DNA from: Malacoraja senta
Lineage: Eukaryota
Direction: 5' to 3'
Assembly (NCBI GenBank): GCA_038087875.1
Contig: CM075994.1
Location: forward strand, 6,078,001-6,142,000
DNA: 64,000 nt
Part shown: one piece after another, positions 25,861 to 37,899 of the stretch
How the letters are laid out: the number at the start of each line of letters is the position of its first letter
Numbering within the stretch: position 1 is the stretch's first letter
The notes under the pieces: model-generated
What the model saw: the letters and a program-made list of their open reading frames with translations, nothing else
Databases searched by the model: none
What the model was told of the DNA's origin: nothing
Program-made: the position numbers and the translations under genes

Positions 25861-26288
25861 ATCTCCCTGGTGGTCTCCACATTAAACTCCATCTGCCATA
25901 CATTTGCCCACTCCCCCAACCTGTCCAATTCACCCTGCATTCTCATAGCATCCTTCTCACAGTTCACACTGCCACCCAGCTTTGTGTCATCTGCAAATTT
26001 GCTAATGTTACTTTGAATCCCTTCATCCAAATCATTGATGTATATTGTAAATAGCTGCGGTCCCAGCACCGAGCCTTGCTGTACCCCACTAGTCACTGCC
26101 TGCCGTTCTGAAATGGACATGTTAATCCCTACTCTTTGTTCCCTGTCTGCCAACCAATTTTCTATCCATGTCAGCACTCTACCCCCAATACCATGTGCCC
26201 TAATTTTGCCCACTAATCTCCTACGTGGGACCTTATCAAATGCTTTCTGAAAGTCCAGGTGCACTAAATCCACTGGCTCTCCCTTGTC

Positions 26289-26488
26289 NNNNNNNNNNNN
26301 NNNNNNNNNNNNNNNNNNNNNNNNNNNNNNNNNNNNNNNNNNNNNNNNNNNNNNNNNNNNNNNNNNNNNNNNNNNNNNNNNNNNNNNNNNNNNNNNNNNN
26401 NNNNNNNNNNNNNNNNNNNNNNNNNNNNNNNNNNNNNNNNNNNNNNNNNNNNNNNNNNNNNNNNNNNNNNNNNNNNNNNNNNNNNNNN
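26289..26488. other. Assembly gap (200 N)
   Basis: Run of exactly 200 n. Confidence 1.
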
Positions 26489-27503
26489 AATCAAAACGTT
26501 GGAGTTGCAGCATCATACGTTGTAGTCTGGCAGGGGCAACATGTATGGGTTTGTTAAGAATGGTCACCAGTGGCTGGTGGTCGGTCTCGACTGTGAATCT
26601 ACAGCCAAAGAGAAAGTCTTTGAATTTGGAACAAGCGAACACCACAGCCAGGAGCTCCTTCTCGATCTGAGCATATCGTTGCTCCGTGTCGGTCATGGTC
26701 CGAGAGGCATACGAGACCGGTAGCAGGGAGCCGTCGCCATAGAGCTGCAGGCAAGCAGCACCCAGTCCGAAACGAGAGGCATCACAGGTCACAACAATGG
26801 GACGGCGCAGGTCGAAGAATGTAAGTGTTGGGGTGCTGATCAGCTTAGACTTCAGACATTCGAAAGCCTGCTGGTGTTGTGGAAACCAGGACCAGGCGAT
26901 GCCTTTCTTAGTTAGTTGTCTCAGGGATGAGCTCAGCTCACTGAGATTCGGTATAAACTTCCCGAGGTAGTTGACCATGCCCAGAAATCGTTGTAGACCA
27001 AGCACGTCAGTTGGGGCTGGCATCTCGGATATTGCAATAGTCTTTTGCGGGTCGGGTTTCAGTCCATTGGAAGTGAAGATGTGCCCGACGTACGGCACCT
27101 CTGAGACACGGAACCGGCATTTATTCTTGTTGAGTTTTAAGTTGATCTGCCGGGCACGGTCCAGGACTCTGCGGAGGTTCTTATCATGTTCGGCGGCATT
27201 CTCCCCGTAAACTAGGATGTCGTCAACGATGATGGCGCATGGCATGCCAGCGAACAGCTGTTCCATGGATCGCTGAAACACTTCACTGACAGACTTGATA
27301 CCGAATGGCATCCTTAGAAACTTAAATCTGCCATAAGGAGTGGAAAAAGTTGTCAGGTCGGAGGAGCGCTTATCGAGTGGTATTTGCCAGAAAGAACTTT
27401 TTGCATCAAGGACAGAAAACACCGTAGCCTGGCCGACCTGGGCTGCGACGTCCTCTACGGTTCTCATGGGGTAGTGTGGCCGCCTGATCGCGAGGTTCAG
27501 GTC

Positions 27504-28383
27504 AATTCAATTCCAATTCAATTCAATTCAATTCAATTTATTTGTCTTTTGAGGGACAAATTTGTCATTTGGACCCCTTGAGGTCCAAACGAAATGTCGT
27601 TTCTGCAGCCATACAATACAAAACAAAGAAGACCCGAGACACAACACAATTTACACATACATCCATCACAACGCTGTGATGGAAGGCAAAAATAACGTAT
27701 CTCTCCACTGCACTCCCCCCCCCCCCCCCCGATGTCAGAGTCAAAGTCAAAGCCCCCGGCGGGCGATGGTGATTGTCCCGCAGCCATTAAAGCCACGCCG
27801 GGTGATGCAAGGTCGCGCACCGGGTCTTGGTGTTAGAGCCCCGGCGCTCGCCCGCAAAGTCCGGCAGCCATTCCAAGCCGCGCGGGGGGATAAAGCCCCG
27901 CTCCAGGTGCTCCTCAACCCCGCAACTCGGGCGGGAGAAGTCGCCGCTGCGGAAGCCCCGAAAAGCAGTCTCCCACCAGGGGACCCGCGGGCTTCCAGTG
28001 TTGCCGTCCGCCAGACCCGCGGTTGTAGCCTCCGAATCTCCGGCGGTCGGGTAGCTGCAGCGCTCCACCACAGCTCCACCCGCTCCGGACTCGGCCAGCC
28101 CCGTGACGGTGAGTAGTCCGCAGCTCCACGGGAGCCCCAGGTCGTTCCTGCTGGAGGCCGCTCCACGTTGCCCAGCCCCAACGACAACCGAGACCCGACA
28201 AAGAAAAGGTCGGGTCTCCCGTGCAGCGGAAAGATTTTAAAGTTTCCCCCCCCCCACCCCCACCCCCCCACACACATACCCCGACAAAAAAAAATAATAA
28301 AAACTACATAAAAACGAGACAAAAATAATAAAAAGACAGACGGACTGCAGACGGACCGCTGCAACGAAAAGTCGCGCCGCCCA
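27504..28383 (-). mobile_element. Non-autonomous retroposon inserted in the Gypsy A RT
   Basis: (gaatt)n tail and a core shared with 25141-25860. Splits the RT peptide INPKD|LNLAIRRPHYP. Confidence 0.7.
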
Positions 28384-28396
28384 GTCTTTGGGGTTA

Positions 28397-28746
28397 ATAA
28401 TAATAATAATGAAGATGGGATTTATATAGCGCCTTTCTAATACTCAAGGCGCTTTACATCGCATTATTCATTCACTCCTCAGTTACACTCGGTGGTGGTG
28501 AGCTACTTCTGTAGCCACAGCTGCCCTGGGGCAGACTGACGGAAGCGTGGCTGCTAATCTGCGCCTACGGCCCCTCCGACCACCACCAATCACTCACACA
28601 CATTCACACACATTCACACGCAGGCAAAGGTGTGTGAAGTGTCTTGCCCAAGGACACAACGACAGTATGCACTCCAAGCGGGATTCGAACCGGCTACCTT
28701 CCGGTTGCCAGCCGAACACTTAGCCCATTGCGCCATCTGTCGTCCC
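28397..28746 (-). mobile_element. tRNA-derived SINE with L2-type tail, inserted in the Gypsy A RT
   Basis: Minus strand shows A box tggcgcaatgg, B box ggttcgaatccc, tgtgtccttgggcaagacactt, and tail gcgctatataaat...(tta)n. Splits EIRVCI|NPKD. Confidence 0.8.
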
Positions 28747-30598
28747 TAATACACACCCGTATCTCGTTTTTGTCCTTTTTCAGGGTAGCAACCATGGTGG
28801 AGGCCCACTCAGTGGGCTCGCTCACTGCTTCCAGCACCCCCATTGTAACCATGCTCTTCAGCATCGCTTCCACTTTATCCTTTAAAGCAATGGATACTCT
28901 GTGTGGTGCACGGACCACTGGCACCACTTTGGGGTCGGTGACAATCTTGTAGACAAGAGGCAGTTTGCCCAGCTCATTATCAAACAGGTCCGGGTACTCG
29001 GATAACGGATCCATCGGCAACTGTATTTCGTGGACAGTACGGTCGAAGGACACTAGTTCCAGGTCTTGGCACGCCTGGTTGCCCAGCAGAGTCACACAAT
29101 CAGAATCCAGAACATAAAACATGAGGGGCCGCAATAACTTTTGCAGCACACAATTAAAAGTTGCCTTTCCCACAGGTTTCAGCACGTAAAGTCGAACGGT
29201 CTGAAGTCAGTGGCTCATTATGTCTAATCTTCCTGAACAGGTTTGTTGACATAACATTGACTTTTGCCCCCGTGTCGAGCTTGGCTGTGAACGGACAGTT
29301 GTTGACGGTAATGAGGACCGATGGATCGGGGAGGCGAGCAGGTGCGTGTAGGAGTGTAAACACACTAGCATCTCCTTGAGAACTAATTGCCTCAGAGTCG
29401 TGGGCAGTGTCGAGAGAGGACTGGGAACCAAAATCGCTAACAACTTGTGCGAGGTTGTTTAATACTTGGCTAGGAACTGGTGGTAAGTTCCCACAGGAAC
29501 GGCAAACCGCCGAGAAGTGATTCAATCTCTCACAGAAATTGCATGATTTACCATAAGCCGGACACTGCGATTGCATTGAATGTAGATAATTGCAATTAGG
29601 GCACTTTCTAACCACCCGTCCTCCGGGGATATAACCTGCCCGCGGCGCGGGTCTAGCGTTGTCTATTTTGGGACGTGGTCTGTTGAGACCAGTTAAATTG
29701 ACCGATCGACCAACAGTGCCCCTTTGTCCGAACAACGGGTCAACGACTGCAGCCAACCTGCATGCATGCATTGCGTCGGTCAGAGTAAGATCCGGCCTCC
29801 TTAGTAGCTCGGAACGCAGTTTCTGATCCAGCATACCTGTCACTAAAATGTCCCTTGTAAGCTAGTCAGTCATGTTTTCAAATCGGCACCTCTGTGCGAG
29901 ATAGCGCAGATCCGCAATAAAGTATTCAACAGGTTCGTCGGGCTGTTGCTTTCTCGTGAAAAACTTAGCTCGCTCTAAAATACGGTTCGAGGGCAAGTCG
30001 CAAATTTCGGCAAATTTTCGCAATAGACATACTGGGTCGTTTGCAGACTCCACTGGTACCTGAATTAGGTCATTTGCATCCCGGACCTCGGGATCATAGG
30101 CAAAGGCTCGTGCTCTCCTCATGGCATCTGGACCCACAAGGTTCAGTAGGAGAGAAGCTTTAACAATATCAGGATCGTTGCGATGAACGATATTGATGTA
30201 ATGATTGAAGTCAATTTCAAAAGTCGCCCAGCGTTCAGCTATGTCAGCATCAAAGACCAGGGGCGAGGGTTTGCGGCACGAGGATGCCATGGCCAAAAGT
30301 CACAAAACTCCGATAAAGCAACACTTTCAAAGAAAAAAAAACACGATAAACAGGAGGCGCGCGTTTAAACTTGCTAACACCATGTAAAGAAGCTGAGTCT
30401 GACTCACTTGTGGCTTTACTTAACGTTTAATGATAAGACAGGTTAAACACTTTCCAGCACTGACTGCACCCAGTCTGTCATCATGCTGGAACCAAGGGCG
30501 GAGAACACGGGAGATAGAGTTCTTATACTTGATAACTAAGGCGTGGTTAGTGGTACTATGGTAGCTATATTATTGGTTGCATGCATAAACCATCTACA

Positions 30599-31822
30599 CT
30601 GACCAGCGGCTGGTGGTTAGTTTCAACAGTGACAGGGTCGCCGAAAATAATGTCATTGAATTTCCTGTGGGAAAAGACCACAGCTAGCAGTTCCTTCTCA
30701 ATCTGTGCGTAGCGCTGTTCTGTGTCAGTCGTGGTGCGGGAGCCATATGCAATGGGTTCTTTGGCCGCTAACATCGTTCTGGAGACTGGCTGCTCCCAGT
30801 CTGTATTGGGAGGCGTCGCAAATTAAAGTGACAGATAGCTTGGCATCGAAGCAAACGAGTGTTGGAGCGCAGGACATCTGTTGCTTAAGAGTGTCAAACG
30901 CTCTCTGCTGGTGGTCGTGCCAGGACCGGTCTGTGTCTTTGTGAGTCAGTTGCCTTAGTGGGGCTGAGAGTTCGTTGAAGTTCGGGATGAGCTTTCCCAA
31001 GTAGTTTACCATGCCAAAAAAACGTTGTAATGCAGTCACGTCCATGGGCACTGGCAGCTTGGTGCTCAAGTCATTCTGCTTCTGCAGGTGCGGGATCATC
31101 CTCTAGGGCCTCGTGGGAGAGTGTGGGTTGAATGACATGGAGAAATTGTTTTGTATCGACTTTGGTCCCACGAGAGCGGCTGCCTGTCCCTCTGAGGTGA
31201 TCCAGTACTTTTTGTCTATCTTGGGTGTAAACCAGCAAAAAATAAGTGTGTTTAATTTTACAATAATGGCAAATTTTCCCAAAAGCAGGGGACATTTCAC
31301 GGGCCCCTGTATGTGAGCCATCACAATTGGTGCAGTTATTAACATTTTGGTGGTGGCTTTACTTGGCGCAGCCGGTGGCTGGCATGGAAACCTGCAGAAC
31401 GCATTGACACTATGCGGAGTGGGGTCCAGGTCCTAGAGTCTTGGTGTGGGTGTCGGTTAGCTCAGCAACCCGACAGGTACGCTCGGCTTTAACTAGAGTG
31501 AGCTCCTCGACCCGGAGTAACTCGTTTCTCACCTTGTCATTCAGGATGCCGAACACAAGTCTGCCACGGATGAAGTTGTCGCATAGATCACCGAAATGAC
31601 ATCTTCCAGCAATGTTCTTCAGGGCACTGATGTAGGATTCGACTGATTCGCCTTCCTTCTGGTTGCGTGAAAATAATCTGTGGTGCTCCATGACCAAGTT
31701 TGTTCGCAGCTGTCGGAACTCTCTAAGGTAGCACATTGGGTCTTGAGTAGAATCCGCAGGGTTCACAAGAACCTGTGACGGTCTCAAACCAGACTCCTCG
31801 AAAACCACTTCTGACACCATGT
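30599..31822 (-). mobile_element. Ty3/Gypsy element B (internally deleted), disrupted by Gypsy A
   Basis: PBS TGGTGTCAGAAGTGG (31805-31819, tRNA-Leu type). Gag LFSRNQKEGESVESYISALK...C.FG. RT/RH LQRFFGMVNYLGK, ICDASQYRLGA, EKELLAVVF, VETNHQPLVS, cut at 30599. Confidence 0.88.
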
Positions 31823-32402
31823 TTAAGAAGGAACTACAGATGCTGGAAAATCGAAGGTAGACAAAAATGCTGGAGAAACTCAGCAGGTGAGGCAGCATCA
31901 ATGGAGCGAAGGAAAAAACCATCGTTTCGGGTCGAGACCCTTCTTCAGACCAAAGATCCTATAGCAAGCAAGATAGATCACTCGACGAAAAAGACGTAGT
32001 ACGGTCATGGGCAGATTAATGGGTAATTTTCGGCCCTATTTCCGTAACCGGCTTCCGTCTCCGCACCAAAGATCCCATAGCGGAGCAAAGATACCAGTGC
32101 GGAGATAGGAGCCGGTTACGGAAATAAAAGTTCTTTGGTAAAAAAAAAGGCCCACGTTCCTCTCCATTGCGTACTACACGTCAGCCCATTGCATTTAGGA
32201 GTGGTCTATCTTGCTCCGCTATAGCATCATTGCTTCAGACTGATGTGAGGATGGGGGGCGGGAAGAAGAAAGGAAGAGCCGGAGACAGTGGGCTGGGGGA
32301 GAGCTGTGAAGGGGAGGAGAAAGCAGGGACTACCTGAAATTGGAGAAGTCAATGTTCATACCGCTGGGATGTAAACAGCCTATTGCACTTTATCTGTTTA
32401 TT

Positions 32403-32449
<47 letters not shown>

Positions 32450-32625
32450 TATGGTATATGGACACACTGATCTCTTCTGTATTTATGCGTACAATATTCT
32501 GTTGTGCTGCAGCAAGCAAGAATTTCATTGTCCTATCAGGGACACATGACAATAGACATCCCAGCGGTATGAACATTGACCTCCAATTTCAGGTAGTCAC
32601 TGCTTTCTCCACCCCTTCACAGCTT
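31823..32625 (-). mobile_element. PLE terminal segment with nested MITE and a short inverted end
   Basis: Same sequence as 72-300. Inverted piece at 32558-32620, plus an inserted Rex-type tail with (TA)n at ~32375-32555. Confidence 0.75.
31951..32232. mobile_element. hAT-type MITE, 282 bp
   Basis: TIRs CAAAGATCCTATAGC..AGCAAGATAG / CTATCTTGCTCCGCTATAGCATCATTG. Perfect 8-bp TSD CTTCAGAC (31943-31950 and 32233-32240). Confidence 0.9.
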
Positions 32626-32736
32626 AAGGAACATTAACGAACATTCCAAGATTCCAAGATCAGAGTAATCACTCCATTTCCAAGTATTGGGTGAACCACA
32701 AGGCTTTTATTAAAAGCTATGCAGAGAGAATAATAC

Positions 32737-35700
32737 CATGGCCGTCCGAAGGGGCGGTGCATTGGGTGCGACCGCACCCCCCTTTTTTTCCACACAGTAA
32801 GAAAAAATCCAGAGAATTTTTTTTTGTTTAATCGGAGTGCAATCAACGTTTCCACTTTGTCGGAAATCGCCCAAAATTCTGGTTCCAACCGCTGGGTGAT
32901 TTGGGAGAAAAAAATGCGACCATCCGCGCCTGCGTAGTTGTGGAAGCGACGCAAAATGACGCCGTCTCTCCGCGCGTGTGCAATGGGCCCGGGCGGGATC
33001 AGACTGCCATTTGTACCCCACACATTGAGCTGGATGCCTCGTGTCTACTCCAGGTAAGAATATTGCCTTACAGGCATCGACGTCGGAGCCTCGCCAACGG
33101 CCAAGCAGCCGACCAGGAGACCGTTCTCCGGGCGGGAGTGGCTGAATCTGAACCACAACACCAGACGCCGCTGCGGCGGGGCCCGCTCCCCTCGCCTCCC
33201 CCCGCTGCCGGGGCCCAAGCCATCTTCCGCCCACGCTACCCCCGCTGACCCCCGCTGGGTTCACGCCACCCCCGCTGACCCCCGCTGGGTCCACGCCACC
33301 CCCGCTGGGCCCACACCACCCCCGCTGGACCTCCGCTAGGCTAACACCATCCCCGCTGGGCCCACGCCACCTCCGCTGGGCCAAAGCCACCCTCGCTGAA
33401 CCCCGCTGGGCCCACGCCACCCCGCTGACCCCTGCTGGGTCCACGCCACCCCAGCTGAGCCCACGGCACACCTCGCTGACCCCCGTTGCATCCACGCCAC
33501 CCCCACTGGGCCCACGCCACCCCCACTAACCCCCGCTGGGCCCACGCCACCCCCGCTGACCCCTGCTGGGCCCACGCCACCCCTGCTGGGCCCACGCCAT
33601 CCCCGTTGGGCCCACGCCACCGCCGCTGACCCCCGCTGCATCCACGCCACCCCTGCTGGGCCCACGCCACCCCCGCTGGGCCCACGCCACCTTCATCTTC
33701 GCCCCCCCCCCCCCCCGCCGTCTTTTTTCTGCCATTAGAATCCCCTGTCTGGGCTCTTTCTGTAGGATGGTTTCTGTTAGGAATTGGAGGAAATTCAGCC
33801 TTTGTCCCTCATGGTCTTGTGAGTTCGACAACTAAGTGCCCCTTTAATGGCTCGATATCTCACCATCACTTCCATCTAAGGTCACACGCATGGGGTCAGG
33901 GCTTGTACGTGTCCCCAGGCCTCAAAGCGAGCACTGAACAAAAACCTGATTCAAATAAGCAACAAGGAATCAAGGAGGTCAGAAATATATTAAGTCTAGC
34001 TTTATTTTAAAATCTTTACACCTTAAAGTGTAAAATCCTCCCCTTGTTTTGCTTTATCTTCCATACATTTGCACCTTTTGAGCCATAAGGTTGTGGGAAC
34101 AATGTCTTTCTGGGACCCAACACACAAAATCCATCTGACAGTTTACAGGAATAGTGGGAAGTGCTGCTCTATTGGAAGTGGCATATTTTGGATGCTAAAC
34201 AGTTGTGTAGAATAATTCAATGATGCTGTCCAAAACAGAATGGGAAGAGTTCTGAATGATATGCTTCTTATAAAGAGACAAAGACAATGCGCAGAACTCC
34301 ATGGGTATGCTCGCCAATGAAGTACAGACTTATTGTAAGCCTTCCCTACTTTTATACTCCATCTCTTGCATTAAAGGTGGTATCAGAAAATGTGGATTGT
34401 AACCAAGAACTTTAACAGATCGAATGTCCTTATTTGATACTCCCTTTGTAGAATGAATTAATCTTCCATGTTGCATTGAGATACTTACAATGTGGTTGCT
34501 ATGACTCATAGGTTACACATTTGAATGTGTGTTGCATTGTCTAGGTGTTAGTGTTATTTGTGGGTGCTTGCTGTGTGCACTGTGGCTGTTGTGCTTCCGG
34601 TGATTACCATAATTCCAATAAATAATTAATGGCTTGGTGAGAGCTTTGGACCATCCCAGACATTATATGGATGCAACGAAGAAGTGAAATTGTGACTTAA
34701 TTTTATTTGACTTCAAGCACGTTGGGATCTGATTTCGAATTCCATATTTACACAAAGGGCTTTATTTAGTTTGGAAAGGCTCAGATTTTTTCTACACAAT
34801 CCTGACAAGAATTTCACAGATGATAATTGCCCTGTGTCTCATGAAGTCTGGGACAGTGGGAGCATCAGCTCCTTAAGTCAAATTTAGTTTTATATCCCTA
34901 CCAGCTCATGGCTGATCGGGTAGACGCACAGAGTCTCTTAACAAGACTTGGGAAATCGAGAACCAGATGACCTAGGTTTAAGGTGAGGGGGGGGAAAGAT
35001 GTAATCGGAACCTGAGTGGTAACGTTTTCACAGAAAGGGTGGTGGTGTATGGAACGAGCTGCCGAAGGAGGTAGTTGAGGTAGGTACTATCGCAAACCCA
35101 GGGCCGGATTTACGTATAAGCTTCACAAACTTAAGCTTAGAGCCTTGAGATCTAGGTGGGCCTCGCCAGGGCCAGATTTACCTATAGGCGTCATAGGTTG
35201 AAGCCTAGGGCCTCAAAATCAAGGGGGCCTCCGGCCAAGGTGTTTTTTTCCCAGAGTAAAAAAAATCCAGAGAAAAATAAAATTGGAGCGCTATCAGCGT
35301 TTCCACTTTGACGGTAATTATCCGAAATTCTGGTTCTGGCTGCTGGAAGTTTTGGGGGACAAAATTGCGACCATCCGCACCTGCGCATTTGGGGGAAGCC
35401 GGTGACACAGTAGCGACGCAGAATGACGCTGTCTCTCCGCGCGGGCTCAGTGGGCCCAGGCGGGTTCAGATCTCCATTTGCACTCCACAAATCACCTTGA
35501 TGCCTCGTGTCTACTCCAGGTCAGTAATGGAATATTACGTTGCGGGAGTGCCCATTTCTCCGGGCCGAGGGGGGGGGGCTGCGGTGTCTGTGGCGCGGAG
35601 TCGGAGGCTCGCTGCGTGAGAGGGAGAGGGGGAGGGAGGGAGAGAGAGGGGGGATGTGAGAGGGGGAAAGGGGGGATTGAGACAGAGGGGGGAGGGAGAG

Positions 35701-36473
35701 AGAGAGACAGAGAGAGGGGGAGGGAGGGGGAGAGATGGGGAGGAAGGGAGAGGTGGAGGGAGAGGGAGGGGGAAGGAGGAAGGGGGAGAGGGAAAGGGGG
35801 ATTATCTTTAGTGAGATTGCAAAATTAAGGTAGGTTTTAGAGCAATTATATTTTCTCCTCCATATGAATAATATCAAACAATTGGAACTGCTTTCTTTTC
35901 CTTGATAACAATACTGAAAAATATGAATTCCATAGTTTGCGACTTTCATTTTGCATCATATTTTTAATGTGCACACACTGACACAGTCGAAAAGTAACAG
36001 GCAATCAAATCAACACACAAAACATTTTCTAAAAAAAGTTTTATTTACTGCAAAAAATTACAGTATTTTATTTGCAGTGTTTGAATGCTCCTTTAAAACA
36101 TTTTACATAACATTTTACAGGACAATTTGATTATTAAAAGAAGGACAGCTTCAATTCTTGATTATTAAAAATGTATACAACAATGACCCCAATCATCGCA
36201 TTCCAACCTCTCATTGCTCTTGACTCAACCAAAATTGTTTCTGAAATATTGGTCATAAATTTGGTGCAAAAATGCTCCAACATAAGGCTCAGAATGCACC
36301 AGAGAGCATCTAAAACCCCAGAGCTTCCAGCGCCCTTAAGTGGGCCCTGGACCCCGGCCGCAAGGGTCTTTCAACTTCGCGCTTGTGATATGCGCTGCGT
36401 GCACTTATTTCGCATAAATTTTTTGTAATCCTGCCTTGCCACCCCCCTTTTTGAAAAGCTTCGTACGGGCCTG
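32737..36473. mobile_element. Composite non-autonomous DNA transposon with 5-bp TSD
   Basis: Termini CATGGCCGTCCGAAG and the reverse complement of the right end, CAGGCCCGTACGAAG (12/15). TSD AATAC at 32732-32736 and 36474-36478. Confidence 0.6.
33225..33690. repeat. GC-rich minisatellite, unit ~ccccgctgggcccacgccac
   Basis: Roughly 20 degenerate 20-30 nt units. Confidence 0.9.
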
Positions 36474-36879
36474 AATACATAGTACTGCATTGGTATCAAT
36501 TTACAGGCTGACGAGCTAGGGACAAGCAGGGCTGATATCGGTAACTGCATTCCTTACTCAAGTCCCGAACTGGATTACATAGCATGGTGGAATGTGTATC
36601 ATGCATAGTATATGGGTGATGAAGATTATATTGGCAGAGATTAATAAGGTTAATCTGCAGTAACTCAGCGGGACGGGCAGCATCTCTGGAGAGAAGGAAT
36701 GCCCTGTCATTTTGTGTCTATCTTAGGTGTAAACTAGCATCTGAAAGGGTCTCGACACGTCGCCCATTATTGCTCCAGAGAGGCTGCCTGTCCCTCTGAG
36801 CTGACCCAGCACGTTTTGTCCATGTTGGGTGTGAACCAGCAACTGCGGTTCCTTGCGACACAGTCTGATCTCCCATCCC

Positions 36880-37254
36880 CTTTCGCTGGTTCCTGCTGAT
36901 TGGCTCCTGCGCGAAACGGGGCGGGATCAATACGGTGATAGACAGAGCGCGGTCCAATCCACGCGTGGATCCCCTAAGCGGCACCCAATCAGCGCACATG
37001 GGCGCTATGAATGACACGGTCCTCGTCCAATGGGAGGCGCGGGTGCGAGGAGAGGGCGGAACCTAAGTAGGGAGCGGGGGAGACGATCGCCGCCATTTTC
37101 TTCGTCCCCTCCGTTGTCGAAGTCGAGCGGGAGTTGGTCGCAGGGCGCCGGCATTTGTTGTTTCATACTCGCGTTGTCTCTCAATAGTTCGTATTTTCAC
37201 ATTCCTGCTTTATCCATTATCCATCCCCAAGCAACAAAAACAAGAACAAGGAAG
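36880..37254 (+). promoter_or_regulatory. CpG-island promoter and 5' UTR of rbm4
   Basis: CpG-rich. Four CCAAT/ATTGG boxes (~36899, ~36954, ~36986, ~37027), GC boxes GGGCGG (~36918, ~37054), a YY1-type GCCGCCATTTT at 37089-37099, and no obvious TATA box. Lies immediately upstream of the ATG. Confidence 0.8.
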
Positions 37255-37359
37255 ATGGTGAAGATTTTCGTGGGCAACTTGTCGCGGCCTACTTCCGTCG
37301 AGGAGATCCGCTCCCTGTTCGAGAAGTACGGACCGGTCAGCGAGTGCGACCTGATCAAG
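37255..37359 (+). CDS. rbm4: RBM4/Lark-family RNA-binding protein, coding exon 1 (N-terminal part of RRM1)
   Basis: ATG in context GAAGATGG encodes [35 protein letters not shown], closely matching the RBM4 N-terminus (MVKLFIGNL...EIRSLFEQYGKVLECDIIK). Ends at phase-0 donor AAG|GTGGGG (GT 37360-37361). Confidence 0.93.
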
Positions 37360-37899
37360 GTGGGGACGGGGACGGGGGAAGGGGACGGGGATTCGGGCCG
37401 GTGTCGCCCCGGGGGCAGTGGGACCCCGAGTTCATAAGGGCATAAGTGATATGTGCAAAATTAGGCCATTCGGCCCATCGAAAGACTACTCCGCCATTTA
37501 ATCACGGCTGATCTGTCTCCCTCCTAACCCGATTCTCCTGCTTCTCCCCATCACCCCTGATACCCGCACTAAACAAGAATGTGGAGGCCAAGTCGGGCTA
37601 TCTCTGCCTTAAATACATCTTCTTGGTTTCTTGGTCCTCCAAAATATTCCAAATGGAATTTAAACTGGAGGTGGTGGAGGGAGGACTTAAGCCAGAAAGG
37701 GTTTTTGGGAAGAAAGAGCTACCTTAAATTTAGTTGCATCTGGTTGGGTAACTATAGTAGGGTGGAGATTATTCCATACTTTAATTGTGCGGGGGGAAGA
37801 ATGAATTGCTGTACACATCTGTCTTGGTAGCTGGAATCACAAATTGGATCGAATGCCCTCGTCTGCTCCTAATTGGTTTGGGTTTGGGGTAGGTCTTGT

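Larger units (their letters stand above)
23630..26288 (-). mobile_element. CR1 LINE ORF2 (RT to 3' end), interrupted by two insertions
   Basis: LDFQKAFDKVP, VTSGVQQGSVLGPQLFTIYINDLD, SKFADDTKLGG, RPHLEYCVQFWSP, SRTRGHSLRI. Inserts at ~24012-24685 and ~25141-25860. Confidence 0.9.
26489..30598 (-). mobile_element. Ty3/Gypsy LTR retrotransposon A (5' LTR, PBS, gag, PR, RT, RNase H; 3' part lost in the gap)
   Basis: LTR 30383-30598 bounded by TGTA...TACA. PBS-like TGGTGTTAGCAAGT at 30369-30382. Gag from ~30296 with CCHC-like CNFCERLNHFSAVC. PR KLDTGAKVNV, RT VLDAKSSFWQIPL/IVDDILVYG, RH CDASRFGLGA/EKELLAVVF/ETDHQPL. Confidence 0.93.

Noticed and set aside
25803..27467. 554-aa ORF apparently fusing Gypsy RT-RNase H with a CR1 RT (a novel double-RT protein)
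   Set aside because: The two halves are joined only through the 200-N assembly gap and belong to unrelated elements.
28670..28746. tRNA gene (A and B boxes, GGTTCGAATCCC)
   Set aside because: It is the head of a SINE with a body and an L2-type tail. The same applies to 16712-16785 and 55033-55095.
33225..33690. CRISPR-like array
   Set aside because: Tandem repeats without unique spacers, no cas genes, vertebrate context.
32710..33831. Gly/Ala/Pro-rich ORFs (GPAGV repeats, collagen- or elastin-like)
   Set aside because: Arise in several overlapping frames from a GC-rich minisatellite inside a transposon. No splice or codon evidence.
37030..37437. 135-aa ORF as a complete gene, or an N-terminally extended RBM4
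   Set aside because: The upstream ATG overlaps a CCAAT box in the promoter. Homology starts at ATG 37255 and ends at the donor at 37360.
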